A program made the translations under genes and the position numbers. Positions 25,522 to 40,700 of a stretch of 64,000 nt of DNA are shown here, one piece after another. Position 1 is the stretch's first letter. Each line of letters starts with the position of its first letter. The notes beneath the pieces were generated by a model, which saw only the letters and a program-made list of their open reading frames with translations, did not search any database and was not told the origin of the DNA. Location: contig CM120647.1 in the NCBI GenBank assembly GCA_051362555.1, forward strand, positions 11,198,651 through 11,262,650, written 5' to 3'. This DNA is from Lingula anatina. Its lineage: Eukaryota > Animalia > Brachiopoda.

Positions 25522-26886
25522 TATGATATAAATTATAAGTACGAGTAAGTTGGGCCTATACACGATATATTATTATATGTATATTATTATGTGCACACCA
25601 CCCCGTTTGCTGAATCATATGGTGAAATGGCTCACGTTAACTCAACATCGTCGAGATCACGCGAGATTCGCGTTACCATGGCCCCGTATCATGGCAAATG
25701 TACAAGCCCGGTCCACCACACATATTTGCATATCGTCAGTAAGGGTTAACCATTTTCATGGCAATATGTGTATTATGACTAAGCATTTTTGTGGTATTGG
25801 TTTGAAATTGTTTATAAGTGGGAAGCATCAGCCTTGCCCATATTTTATCCATTGAATGACGTATTTACGCCCATAGGAAAAACGTGCATGTGCCCTCTAT
25901 GAATAGGATTCAAATCACATCACAGACTGATAATAATAATAATACCAAACGAGAATTCATGCTCCATAGCTGTTACACTGCACTGCTGCATGGTTTACAT
26001 ACTTGTATCATGTAGTGATACAAAAGGCATTATTTTGAATGTCATTGTGTAACGAAATACTTGGGTATGCGATGGCGTAATTAATGCTTGGACATGCCAT
26101 ACAAACAATCTTAAGCTAGGGGATGTTTTTTATAAGAGAAACTTTGGAAAAGGCAGACGATTAAGATGATCTCTGTACATAGTATACACATATATTATAA
26201 CATGGGTAAGGAAATTAATATATCTCTAATACTATCTAGTATTTAATGGCACATGAGTAACTTTTCCGTTATTGTTAAAAATACATGTAACTGTCATGCT
26301 ATGTATCACTGAAATACATTTTTAGTTATTTTCAATTTCTTAATAAATTATATAGGCACAATCTAGCAGCTTACGAGATGCTTGATATATGACGTGATAT
26401 AAAACTTAACATTTAGTTGCCTTACCCACATATTGGGAATGAGTTTAAATTTCCGCCACACTTAACTGTCCATTTGTCCATTTAAACAGACCGCAATGGT
26501 CAAAAACGACGTAGATTTATGTCATTTATGTGGTCTTTTGACGTAAACAAGGCAGTTAAGGTCATTACACTGGGGACATGTGATCTCATATTTGTAAAAC
26601 ACGTGTCATCTTGTGAAGACAATGTATAATAACACCGCTCTTCAAAGCCTTTACTGTGTGTCCTAGTAATAACGTGGCCAGCTGGAGCAGCTTACAAACA
26701 CATATACTTGTCAACACTTTCTCCTTGATGGCACGTCGTTTGCTTCTTGAGACCAATTATATCACCTGATGTAGCGGACCTCAACGGACCTCAATTTTAT
26801 TTGAAAATAGAGAATGATAAGAATGTTGTTTATTGTGCACGAAATGACAAAATGGGGGCATTTGTTCACCCTCTCTAAGTTAAGGA

Positions 26887-26926
<40 letters not shown>

Positions 26927-27981
26927 GACATCGATGCCGTATTAGGGACCACTTAATAGTGAATAATGGGCACCATTATGAATGCATTATCGAATGGAAA
27001 TATAGACGCATTATTGTGTTTTATAGATATAAATTAGTCATCTGTTGTCACCGTTATTGGGATGGACTGAAATGGTCATATTTGTTAATTAACACTGAGA
27101 TTATGATGACCACAACGAACTTCCTGTTAGTCGTTCATCGCAACAATAATAACCCACAAATAATGCCACAATGAAAGAATGGATTATAGAGCCCTGCTTT
27201 ATATACAAAATGACCACACTCATTAAAATAAAAATCGTATCTGTAATGATGAACAACACTTGTATAGCAACAGTATAAATAAAAACCAGGATCAAAGGAG
27301 TACGCGTTTAATATAGCAACGAAACAAGTAGAAATGATTAACGTTAGATTATTTACTACTGTCAAAAATAATTAAAGAAAAAACTAAATTCAAATACACA
27401 AAGTGAATGTTCAAAAGCATTCTAAAAAGTGCCGCCTTCATATTGCGCTAGTTGGGAAAAGAAAAATACGCATTGTTAATTTTAAAAAAGAATAAAGATA
27501 ATAATATAGTCAGACAACACACAAGTCCACGGGCGTCCAAGTAAACTCAAGAGTTCATAACTACAGAGGGGTTAGAAAGAATAGAAAAATAAATTCTATG
27601 CTGAAAAATACCTGTCTGAATCAAATACGAACTTGGTTCTATGCCATTTCTCACATTGGGTCAACTAAAGGGGCAAGGAGGTTCACTTTTTCATAAATAG
27701 AACTCCCTTTGAAATTACTTCATCCCTGTATCTCTGCAAGAGATAGATATTTTATTTGTTCTGGAATGTGAGCAGGAGCACAAGAAACAAACAAAAAAAA
27801 AAAAAAACGTTTTTTCTTTTTCCCAAGATCAGCAAGTCAAGCGGTCAAAACTGAACTGAAGGGATGAACATATTAACAAATATCGTTGATATAATTGTTT
27901 ATCCAAAACATGTATGTAAGCGGCTCTCTGAACTCCCAGGTTCCACACCGCGGACGTGATTAATTTTTATCCGCTGTATTA

Positions 27982-28196
27982 GACCCCATTCCCAGAGATT
28001 AGATCGATCCAAACTAGATCGACCTAACTCCCTGGGGGTTCACGCTAAATAGCTGTCAGCCGAGCGGGCACGAAAGTTAATTACCCCCTTACAGCTTGTA
28101 GTAGGCGGGACGGACATTTAAGCCGGATTATTTGACAGTAATCTAGTGAGACTCCCCACGGGGATAGATCGATCTAAAATCTATGGGAACACGCCC
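27982..28196 (-). mobile_element. MITE family A copy 4
   Basis: Reverse-orientation copy; TTA on both flanks. Confidence 0.88.
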
Positions 28197-29537
28197 TTAA
28201 TATCTCCCTGTGCGTTGTGGGCTTATCCCTACATGCTAACCTATACTAGATATATGTCATTCTTGTTAGCACACCTTAGCAACCGTACTATTTAAATTCA
28301 CAATTGAAATACGGCAGTGATGTGAACTCTAATGCATGTTTATTATAATGTGTCATTCTATCAGCTATTATGTCTCTGTATTTCTCTCATCATCAGGTTT
28401 CAATTACATAACAATATGTTGTGGTCGTTATACAAAGAAGGCACAATTTGTACACACTGATGACGGTGATACATCACTCCAGATTAATGACAGTGACAGA
28501 AAATATTTATTTCTCAGTGCCGGCGTTGAGTGTTACGCATCATGTTCAAACGTTTATAAAGTACTCTCCGAAAAATTAATATCCAGAGTCAAAAATTTCC
28601 CTCCTTTATTTTCCCTCCCTCCGTATTGTGACCTGTGCAACTTTAAGGCGTACATGCATCACGTAGACGAAGGAGGTACGTCCTCATTCCAAATATTTCA
28701 ATATTTAAAAATTCACAATAATAATTTGTATTCATTTGAAGTCTTAAATCCATATAAATGTTTAGTGGAGTAGCTGAATAGTATGAAAGTATTGTTTTTA
28801 AATAACAACATAGTATAGGCGGTTAGAAAACAAGTTAAGCGCTGGCACTTGGATCTCTATGGCAATACACAGACAAAAACGCGAAAAATGATACCTGTTT
28901 CTAAATATATTTTCAAATGTTGATGTAACTTTAGTACCTTAGTTTAAAATATTTCGTTAGTTTATGTAATAATAAAATTTTGTTAATCAACTCAATAAAT
29001 ATATAAATAAAATAAATAAATAATAAAACTTGGCAATATTTATATCTGTTATACAGTTCAAGTAATAAGTTAAAACGAAAATAAAGATTATTTGGTAACA
29101 TTGACCAGCTTAATGTTTACTTTATTTAGATAAAGATTAAGTATAACGATTAAATATAGCGAAAACAGCATTTCCATTTCCTCTTCTATTCCAATATAAT
29201 ACAGCTTCCGTCATAGGTGACAGCAGAGACTTCGACTATAATAAGGCGCCGAGGTAAAGGGCAGTGCATTTTGACGCAACCAGAAGTTGTTTCAGATAAA
29301 GAATTAGCACTAAATATCACACTGGGAGTCATTTACGTAGATGGTACGAGGTCTTGACACCTCGACTGGACTGACTGTCACATGACAACTATGACCTTTA
29401 GCTTGAAGTGTCCTGATGAACTTTGCGGGATAAAAACAGAAAGGTGAAAATTCAAATTCATACCATCTACAGTACTAGAATGTCCAGTCAGATATCTAAT
29501 ATTCATTATTTATTCGTTAGGTGATGATGAGCTACTT

Positions 29538-29574
<37 letters not shown>

Positions 29575-29994
29575 GTTTTATTATTATTATTTTAAGCACG
29601 TAGTATTATCCAACAGTTGAGACGGGTACTTCTTTTTCTCTGTGCATACACCTTTTGTAAATCAGCTATATGATAGTTCAGAGGGCAGCCATCATTTTGC
29701 TGCCCTCAACCCCCTTTATGAACTGAAGAGGATAATGGCAATAAATCAAAAATATGAATTTTGGCACCATGGCCCGGCGATCCTCGTCCCCATTCAAACG
29801 CGCCGTAGCAACCAAACAATAGGACCGTTTCAATAATTCTTCACCAGTATATGCCGCACTATATAGAAACCCATATAATTCATCCTGAGAGGAAACGGGA
29901 AAAGGAGCGCGACAAAATCGAATGTGACTAAAGAGGATTGCGCAGAATTCTCGGACAAGGGGTGAACACGGTAACTTACCTGCAGTCCGAGTAG

Positions 29995-32087
29995 ATGTAT
30001 TTCTGGATAGTTTACCTTCTGGCCACGGTTGTGCTGACCGATTCCGGACCAATTGACCATGGCGAGGAGAGTTTGGGTAGGGTTCTGTACATGGATATGG
30101 GTTCCGTGGAGGATAATGTGAGTACAGTTATTCTGAAAAATAACCCCATATATATGTGTCTGATATATTTTAAAACAACGTTTCTTGTTACTGTTTACAG
30201 ATTTAATATCGATTGTAAATACATTAACTAATTTATTTAATATTCCAAGCCTACTTTAACCCATTTTTGAAATTTGTTTTGAATATTTACCATACGCTTC
30301 AATCTCAATTTTACACATAGAGTGTCGCTCTAAATTTACCTCACAAAATTGACGAATTCGATTATCTTATCTAAAATATTTATATATTATATACGATACA
30401 CTGATATTATCATCACAGCGACCTGAATAATTTCGAACGTAAACAAAATATATTTTTTCTTGTTCTAGTTTTAAAATTACAAAAAAACTGTCTTAAATTT
30501 CAAAGTGCGTACTTGAAACACAATGGAAATGTCACATACAGTTCACATTTAAACTGTATTTTTTTCAGTGTTGATCAAATTGCAAAAATGCCTTAGTGAA
30601 TGGTCGTACATGTGGAATAAAAATTTGTACTGGAATTGATAAATATAGCTTTTCTTCAATTTGTCATTACGAATTTTAAAAAGTGGTCTTTAAAATATTA
30701 TTTCAAAAGTGATAACTTTCATATGACGTATACACCAGCAAAACTCAATTTCTAGTCAATTTATTTTAATCGACTAAAAAAACTTTAATTTACACCAATG
30801 GAGTGAATTACAAACAAAAGAGGAAGATGCTCGTCTGTTGTCTAGAATGTCACACAATATACACCTATTGTAAAGCACATCACATGTGTGTTTTGGAGGA
30901 GAGATACACTCTCTTCTTTCAAGCGTCAGGGCGTGCATATATCTACATAAATGCATTCTGCCATTCGTCACTGTGTGGCTATAAGGACATCCTTGCCTCC
31001 TCGACGCGCAGCAACGTCTCACGCATTGGTTAAATATTTCGTTTTCAAGATGTCTTGGACTATGAACATGCATTTTGGACGATAGATTGATGGTACATAT
31101 AGAAGTGTAAAGAGTAGTAAGGTACCTCAATATACTAGTACAAACCTCTAGGCGGTGCCACTGTCGTCTGAAAAGCGTTGACGTATTATACAAGGCACCT
31201 GCAAGTTTGACGTCACAATTACCTGGACCTAACATGCATTCTTTGATATTATTATATATAATTACTTGTAGCATAGCCTACGACCTAATGTCCGCATATT
31301 TGAGGTCTGATAAATAACATTGACTGATGACGTAATCACCAAACATAACGTTAACCAATGACGTTATGGTCGATTATTTTCTAATCAGTGAAAAAGGAAA
31401 GTAAATCAACCTGACGACAACAATATATTTTCCCAGCAAAAACTTAAGAATGGAACTTTTCAGTTAAATCTAGGAAAGCCGAACGCTACCAGCCACCGGA
31501 ACTATGGCCTTAGCCCGGACCAATATGAGGAAGCTCGGAGACTGTGGCACAAGATTCAGAACAGAGAGAGGACTCGCGTCGGCAAGGTGAGGGGAAAACA
31601 TCTCAGTATTACTATCCACAATTGAAAAATGTCCTATTTCAATATAAAAAAGTGACGTTTTCTTTGTTTACATACCATGTAAGGCTACTGAGTCCACACA
31701 ATTACCGACAGTCAAAACGTTAAAATCTGTCAACCAAGAGTACTCTATGTCTGTTTATCCAATGTACTAAATATTATGGCGGTCTAAATGACGACCAGTC
31801 TTTTAGAACAAAATCATTTAATAAGATAAAATATAAAACACAGAATCCATGGGAGAGAATTAATTTGTGATAGGAGAAAACTCGATTTAGCGGGAAAAAT
31901 CCAATATCGGACACCTTTGTTGTATATTGCATACATGTCCACGCGAAACATACATTGCAATAATTTTTTTCCTAGTAAGAAGACACCATTAGCCATGCTG
32001 CATCTCATAATGAGTGAAAAAGAGCAGAATATCCGGCTTTAAAGTTACTCAAAATTATATTCTTACATTTTAAAGTGTTTTAAATTT

Positions 32088-32169
<82 letters not shown>

Positions 32170-35100
32170 CTGAAAGCATCGAAACAAAATAGAAACGGGA
32201 TTCCTTTTTGCACGTTCGCATTGTATGACAACATCCTATTTACGCAGGCACCATTAGTTGACAACGAGGTGACAGACATTTTGGCTGGAGATATGATCAT
32301 GCACCCGATTTTACTGCGGAGGATTGACGAGCAGCATTCCAGACGTCATAAAAGAAAAATCATCAATTTTGACAGATTTGCGTCCTTAAAGTGGAGCCTT
32401 ACAATACCGTTCACATACGACCCCAACAATGAAACAGCTCACAGTAAGTGGTGATATCACCTGATCCAAATACAGTTTTCAAATACTTTTGTGTGAAATA
32501 TTAACTGTTTTGATATAGAAACTTACATGAGCGAAACAGGTCTTAATTCTCCACTTTGGTTATTTACTGTTCTTGCGAACATACCAGAAACTACTGTAAA
32601 CAAAGCATTCCATGCTCTTTCTCAGCTGATTCTCAGAAGGAGATAATCCGCGAGGCAATGACCGTGTGGGAAGAGAACACGTGCCTCAGGTTTCTGGAGT
32701 TAACGAGCGACGAGGCAGCGGCCATGACCAGCGAGTACATCTTTATAACGGCGCGGAGCTCTGGGTAAGTTCAATGGACGCTTCTCAAGCAAGTCGACAC
32801 TTTCACATTTCTTGAAGTTAAATCGCTTTTCGCCTGAAGCATCAACATGTAAGCCATTGTCTTAATTTCTCTCTACTCTTTTGGATTCATTTTGCATTGA
32901 GATTGTTCAAGTCATGAAAACTGCATTTGTCGAGATATTGGACATAAATTGTGCTTGCCAATATGGCTATGTTGTTTTCCCATCAAACTTGGCACTTGTT
33001 CACATTTTCCATAATTGCTCCAATGACACTTTTTGAAAAAAAAAACGAACGACATTGCTTATTTGTTTTTCATCCTTTTTCAAAAACTTCACGAGAATTG
33101 CTTCTTTACAGCTGCTATTCCTACGTTGGGAGAACAAAAATAGCTCAGGACCTTAATCTACATAGCGCATGCTTCTCCATGACCGCCGTGAGTATGAGAC
33201 ACAACGCAGAAAAAACAGTTTCCAGGATTGAAATAATTCTACACGCACTTTTCAACTATGACCAACCCTTAAACTAACTGTCAATCCCAAAACATGCGTT
33301 ATCCACTGTTTCGAACAAGGTTGCTAAAGGCTCACGTTAGAAATGTGTAGATGTATTGTTGGACATCTTTAAATGATTGAATACCGCCTGAAAGTAATTT
33401 GACCCGATATTTGTAGGTACGTTTGTACGCATAAATGCGTAAATTTGGCAATCTTGTTTGCATATCAGTGTTTTTCCCTCGAACTGAAGGCATGATAGGT
33501 AGTTGGAAAACACCTATTAACTTCCAGCAACCCCTTTATCTCTCTCATCCCCTTTTAGAGTTAGAGTTGATCTCTTAATCTGCGTTCAGTACGCTTTGCT
33601 GTTGAATTAGTTGCTATATGTCATGCCTTAGCTATCATTTAATAAATTTACGTATTATATCTACTCACAATTCTCTGCTGATTCATATTAAATAGATATC
33701 CAGTAATTTTGCAGACGGGGAGGTTAGAAAGTACCACTGTAATTTCAAACATGATAGGCATGTCTCGTTAATCCATAGAAACCATTTCAACCATGTGCTT
33801 GTTGACTTACGTTTGACGGACGATAAATTTAAGTTAACTGGGCTGGAATACCATTTTACTAATGCAGACACTAGTCCATCAGCTACAAAAGTGATAGATA
33901 ATAATTTATGTAAAAATTATTCTGAAATTTGTAATAGCTATGAAGTATAATTACAATCAAACCTCAAAAGTCAGTTGCGTTTCCCAACTTGGCTAGTGAT
34001 ATTTCTCTCGAACATTTTCAGAAAATCCAAAACATATTTGGAGGGGAGCCCGTTTTGATATCTAACATCCGTGAGGTAAATAATTCACCAAATCCTTAAT
34101 ATAGCCCCTCGTTTCCTTCTGCGCCCAACCCTGTAGCGACCCGTCTCAAAACGAAATCACCAGAAGCACGGCGCACATGTGTTGCGGTTGAACGCTGGTC
34201 CAAATATTACAAAATGGCACAACTCGTACATTGGACATTTAAGACCAAAATTACAGCCGACCTTTAAATTATAAACCTGTGTTAGTCAATTGTATTATGG
34301 CAAATGGCCTCAAAAACATCTTAACATTTTTGAGAAAAAAGTCAAATATCATTACTGACATGGCTGCTACATGTAGGTTCAAGTCAAAGAAGACTCGTTT
34401 TTGGTCTTAAAGTTGTCACCACTACGAGTAAGTTTGTTTTATATGCCTGCACTCTGCTCATTCTCAGTGGGAAACCTTGACGTCACTGAGAATAGCATGC
34501 AAGCAGAGTAATGGAAATTAACATTTGCGAGGCGCTTAACTTAAGGTAAGGATCAAAGAATCAATAAAATAACTGAGCACAACAAATCCCACAACTCTGT
34601 GCCAACTTCCCATTGTCACAGACATATATATATATATAATGTGAAAAATACAACACACGTGGACGCATAATGTTACTAGAATATGAGAATGTTTTACAAG
34701 AATATGATGAAGGAACATTCTCCCCCAAACGAACCCAAAAGCAGCGACGTAGTGCAGCTAAAACATGTCACGTGACATGACAGGCGCTTCACTGGTAGTG
34801 GGGAATCTCTTTTATTGGCACGATTCTAAGACAACGATAATTTTTATCATTAACGGAAACGAGTGCATATTCCTCCTTATATCTGTCCTTATTCACTACT
34901 TGTATTGTTATGCAATTTTATCTTTTTTCAACTACTTTATATGTGCTAACAAAAATTGATAATTTAAACAGAACCTTGGACAATTTTCCATTTATTCGTC
35001 AAAATATCCACTCCGTATTTCACTCATTTTCATTTGACACCCCCACCAACCCCATGGTATGTTTCTGGCTTGCGCACCCAGTAATACGGCTCGTGGCTCG

Positions 35101-37243
35101 TGGCGCGTGCACTGCTTCAGCTCTGGTGGCAATGTAGTTCCTTTTCAAGAGGCCTTTTCACATCGGGTGATAAATTGCAGCTATACACCTGTATAATCAG
35201 GTGTGTAGAGCTTGACAACACCTGCAGATAACCTGGTTGACATGCATGAGAGACATCTCGACACACCCATTTAATGTACAGCAGGAAATAAACTAAAGTT
35301 CCCAGTAGGGTAAATATATAGTAGAACCTCTCAAAATATACCAGTACAGACTGTACCGCTAAAGTATACCGCTCGATGTGAAATGGCCCTAAGACTGACC
35401 AGTACAATTAGTTTTACGTACAATAAATCACCCCCGGTACCACATGCACTTCAGAGTATTCTGTACCATGTGAGATACCGGTAATATCACATTTTGTTAT
35501 AAACCACTCTGTGTATCATCGTTGTACTCGCTCATATTAAAAAAAATTCCACGTAACTATTCTGATCTTTTTTACAGACGTTACCTTCATTTAAAAAAAA
35601 ATTGCAAATAAAGCTGAACCTTGACTAAACTGATCTAACCTCTTTCTTTTCAGCTGGGTACCATAGTTCACGAAATGGGTCACGCCATTGGACTATTTCA
35701 CGAGCACGTGCGCTCAGACAGAGACCTGTATGTTACTGTAGACCTCGACAGCACGAAACAGGGATTTGAAGGGAATTTTATCCAACCCGATGCAGGAATG
35801 ACGGCAAATCATGAAGTCCCTTACGACTACGGTTCTGTGATGCACTATAGGGCCGTCGTAAGTATTCCGTCCTTTTGTTACGTAGCATGTGCATATTACA
35901 CGTAAAAACAAACACGTTTTTCTACAGATAACAATGTTTGAAATGCAATAAAAATGACAACACAGTAAAATTAACTGTATAACACATGAAGTGTTAAGAA
36001 GAAATGCAACACGTAATGAAATATTACAATTTGGTATTTTTAAAGCCACGTTTGGCAAAAGGCCATATGCATATATACATGTACCTGACATGTATATATA
36101 TATATATATATTCTCCAAATGATAACATACCAGTCTGTGTTCCACTATATGTATATAATCCAGGCGTTCAGCGTGGACGGTACAACGCCCACCATACTAA
36201 CCAACGACCCCCTGTACCAAGGCACCATAGGCCAAAGATGGCAGCTGTCCTTCAACGACGCTCTCATTGTTAACAAGGCGTATTGCGCGGGTGAGTACGA
36301 ATGGATTTATTTCAAAATATTGGGATCTTAGTTGTTAAATAAAACCCTTGGATGACACATGACAATCCTCTGGCATATTTGCAATGCTGACCTTCGTGTA
36401 CTAGTAAGTAGTATGTATGGGCATACATGTCGGACACTATTGGGCCATGCAGTGTGAAAGAAGCGGACTCTCCATGTGGAACATAGAGTTCTCCTCCCTT
36501 TCTGTCCATACAGGTTAGGTTAAGCGTGACGTTAGTGGTTCAAAATAATTTTTTTGCGTTATTTCTTTAAATTTATCGCATGTGTGTGTTTGTGTGTGTG
36601 TTTATGTGTGTGTATGTGTGAGTGTGTGAAAAAGGGCCTTTCACCGTAAAACAATAGCCAGTTCAGAGTAATGAGGAACTTGTAAATTAAACACTGATGG
36701 TAACCTGTCAATTATGAGTATGACACGTGGAGAGTCATTTGCCACTGCAAATTATATGTTTATTATATACATGAAGTGTAATTATTATTATTGTTATCCA
36801 CAATGTTGTAATTCAAGTTTGAATTATTTCATATCACGAAGACAAATGCACCGGAAGTCACCAATGTAGAAATGGTGGATATCCTAATCCCAACAATTGT
36901 CTGGTATGCTTATGTCCAGATGGTCTTGCGCCGCCATATTGTACGGAGCCAGAACCACCTGAAATGGGTAAGATAAGAAAAATACGAAGAAAACAATTGT
37001 AGAGCTGTATCTTCGTGTTTCTTCTCAATGTTATTTGTGTTGAGGCCTTGACGTAACAGGACTGTCCGGAGACTGGCACATTTTACTTGTAACACTACAA
37101 ATAAGACCTACAGAGCTCACTCACTGGTTCATTCCGACCTAGATGGCAATACTTTATGTAGCAAATGAAATGTCAGGATTTTATTTATTTATTTATTCAT
37201 TTATTTTATGTATTAATTAATTAATTAATTAATTAATTAATTA

Positions 37244-37289
<46 letters not shown>

Positions 37290-37747
37290 ATATATCAAAG
37301 GCCAGCTCTCTCTCACAGTGTAACCTAAATTAGCCACCTATAAGCCAGGTATCTCCTAATTACAGACGTGTGTGGCGGTACGGTTATTTTGACAGAGGAA
37401 AACCCGAGGACTCTGGAAGTGAAATCACCGAACGAATACCCATCCTTCTACAAACCATTCACAAGATGTAACTGGCTGATCGAGGTATGGAGCACGTAAA
37501 TTACTGTCATAACTTCTCCTAGAGAAACTTCTAACGAGAAGTTATTGATACATAATGTTTGAGACGGCGGTGTTTTCAAATGGAATTTTATGTCAAAACA
37601 ATTATAACATAGCCATAACGATTTATGACCAAATCCAACAGTTGCACTTGAACAGTAAATTTTAAAAAAACTCAAAATTAATTTTTTATGAGGATAGCTG
37701 TTTGAACAATAACTAACCGTTATTTTTTATTTTTTATTTTTATTTTA

Positions 37748-37778
<31 letters not shown>

Positions 37779-40700
37779 TGTTATTTTAGTGGTCATTAAA
37801 TTTTTGAAAATACTCCTTTCGACTCTGTATTTAAACATGATAATATCTATCTATCGTCATGTTAATATATTGTACAGACACATAAAACGGTCTAAGACAG
37901 AAATTGTGTAAGTGTGTGCGCTTACGCCCCTGTGTGTGTGAAAGTGGAGTATGCATGCATGGGTGGTTTGTATCATGGTAAAACAGATAATGACAACATA
38001 TGACCTTTTACGTACACTTGCAGGCCTCCACTTCTGAAAGTGTGTGTGCGTGTGTGTGAAGTATCTACCTTATTAAAACAGCAAAATAAACGTATTTAAC
38101 CAATTATTTTATAGGCACCTCCAGGCTACCTTATACAATTCCAATTTATACCCAAAGAATCTTTCGTTGGACAATTCGGAATGTACACCACGGATCTGCC
38201 TTGTAGTTCCTCGAGCAAACAGTGCTTTGATTTTGTGGAGATTAAGTACGACGCCAACGACTTCGGAACAACTGGACCAAGGTGAGTGTATGGACACTGT
38301 ACTAACAGGGCACCTGTATAAAAAAATGTTCCAGTAAACACATGAATAACCTTTGACTCAAACCAGTACTCAAGGGTATTTAAGGCTTCGTTCACATGCA
38401 ATGTCTATTTTCTAAATTCTATTTTCTATTCGCGGCATGTCTTATGATCACAGTCTGTGCCCTGAATATCCCGCGGCGTAATTACTGGCAGCGCGAGCCA
38501 GTTACTATAAGTTACTATAAGTAACTGGCTCGCGCTGCCAGTAATTACGCGGCGAGATATTTAGGGCACAGACCGTGATCATAAGATAGCGCGAATAGAA
38601 AATAGAATTTAGAAAATAGACATTGCATGTGAACGAAGCCTAAGTGACGCTCCCTATGGCGTTGTCTACTTAAAATAACTGGCCAGTCATTATAAGCAGC
38701 CACCATATTCCTATATGCTCCTATGAACTGGTAATATCAACATCAAGTACGCTCCAGTAAAATATTAAAAGGGTTAAAGCACTTTAAGGTGTATATAAGG
38801 TTGTATAAGAAGCTGTGAACTGCAAAAATAAGCGTTTGGGGAAGTTTCAAACCCATGAAGTGTACCTTTAAGCAAAACTGTTCTATTCTGCCTTTGGATT
38901 ATTCGGTCAATATTGAAGAAACTGGTCCCAGTTTTATAAAGGACGTTTAGCACTAACCAGTGTTTAACTCTAACCAGACCTAAATAGTCTGTTAGTAAAC
39001 TGACCTTTAAATAATTATTTAATCCAGTTAAACACTGGCCAGTTAACTAATTGGCTGTTTTCCGTCAGAAGACTGTACATAAAACACATTTTAACCATCT
39101 TTTAGTTAATGGGTGTTAGGAGAATTTATCCACTGGTTAGGCTTATCCACTGGTTAGTGCTAAACGTCCTTTATAAAACTGGGCCCTGGTGTATACGATA
39201 ATTCTTGTTTACAGCTTTAAATGTCAGACTAAGAAAAGAATTTAAAAATCTTTAAAACTGATCTAAAAAAAAGCTATCATTCAATATTTATTTTCTTAAT
39301 TAATTCGCGTCGGGTATGCTTTGATATACAAACGAAGACACTGGGGAAATTTCAAGAAACGCTTGTTTCTTTTCTATAGAAGTGTCAACATCGGAGAGAA
39401 CCCCTTTAAACTCAAGATTCAGCAAGTTTATTTCCCATATCTACAACAAATTATTTTCTAAATAAAACAAATTTTTGTGTTGCAGATTTTGCTGCAGTGG
39501 AGAGCCGACGGCAGTGGTGACATCCGTCACAAACAGAGCCCTCGTGTTGTTCAGATCGTATCTGCAGTTTTTCATATTAATCGGCTTCCAGATGGACGTC
39601 AGTATAGGTGAGAGGCGAAACTTTCACTTTCGTTTTCCTTTACTATATTTTGTAATGTTGGATGTGAATTTACATGTACATGAGAGGGAAAACTCAACTT
39701 CGTTTTCAATTCCCAACTTGCTTACGGCAGCCTACCCGGATTTATGAAAGAGCGCTCTTACATGTAGTTTTCAGTGTTGATTTAATCAATATGGAAAGCA
39801 CATTGGAAGCATGATTATCCCATTGAATTTATCTATTTAAGTATTTATCTTTTCTGGTATTTTCCAACGTAGCTGTTGGTAACGTCAAACATTAAAAAAT
39901 CTGTTGCTGTTTTCAGTGCCAGATCCTGCAGTCATCACAACTACAACTACTACACCAACCACAACTACTACACCCACAACAACTACTACACCAACAACAA
40001 CAACAACTACACCAACCACAACTACTACGCCCACTACAACTACTACGCCTACTACAACTACAACACCAACCACAACTACTACACCCACTACAACTACAAC
40101 ACCCACTACAACTACTACACCCACTACAACTACTACACCCACTACAACTACAACACCAACCACAACTACTACACCCACTACAACTACAACACCAACCACA
40201 ACTACTACACCCACTACTACTACAACACCAACCACAACTACTACACCCACTACAACTACAACACCAACCACAACTACTACACCCACTACTACTACAACAC
40301 CAACCACAACTACTACACCCACTACAACTACAACACCAACCACAACTACTACACCCACTACAACTACAACACCAACCACAACTACTACACCCACTACTAC
40401 TACAACACCAACCACAACTACTACACCCACTACAACTACAACACCAACTACAACTACTACACCCACTACAACTACAACACCAACCACAACTACTACACCC
40501 ACTACAACTACAACACCAACCACAACTACAACACCCACAACAACTACTACACCCACTACAACTACAACACCAACCACAACTACTACACCCACTACAACTA
40601 CAACACCAACCACAACTACGACACCCACTACGACTACAACACCCACTACAACAACTACACCAACTACAACTACTACACCAACTACAACTACTACACCCAC

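Noticed and set aside
28336-28773. 145-aa Cys-containing ORF
   Set aside because: No recognisable motif and no consistent exon partners found.
30774-31274. 166-aa minus-strand ORF in astacin intron 1
   Set aside because: No transposase or other motif recognised; probably a chance ORF.
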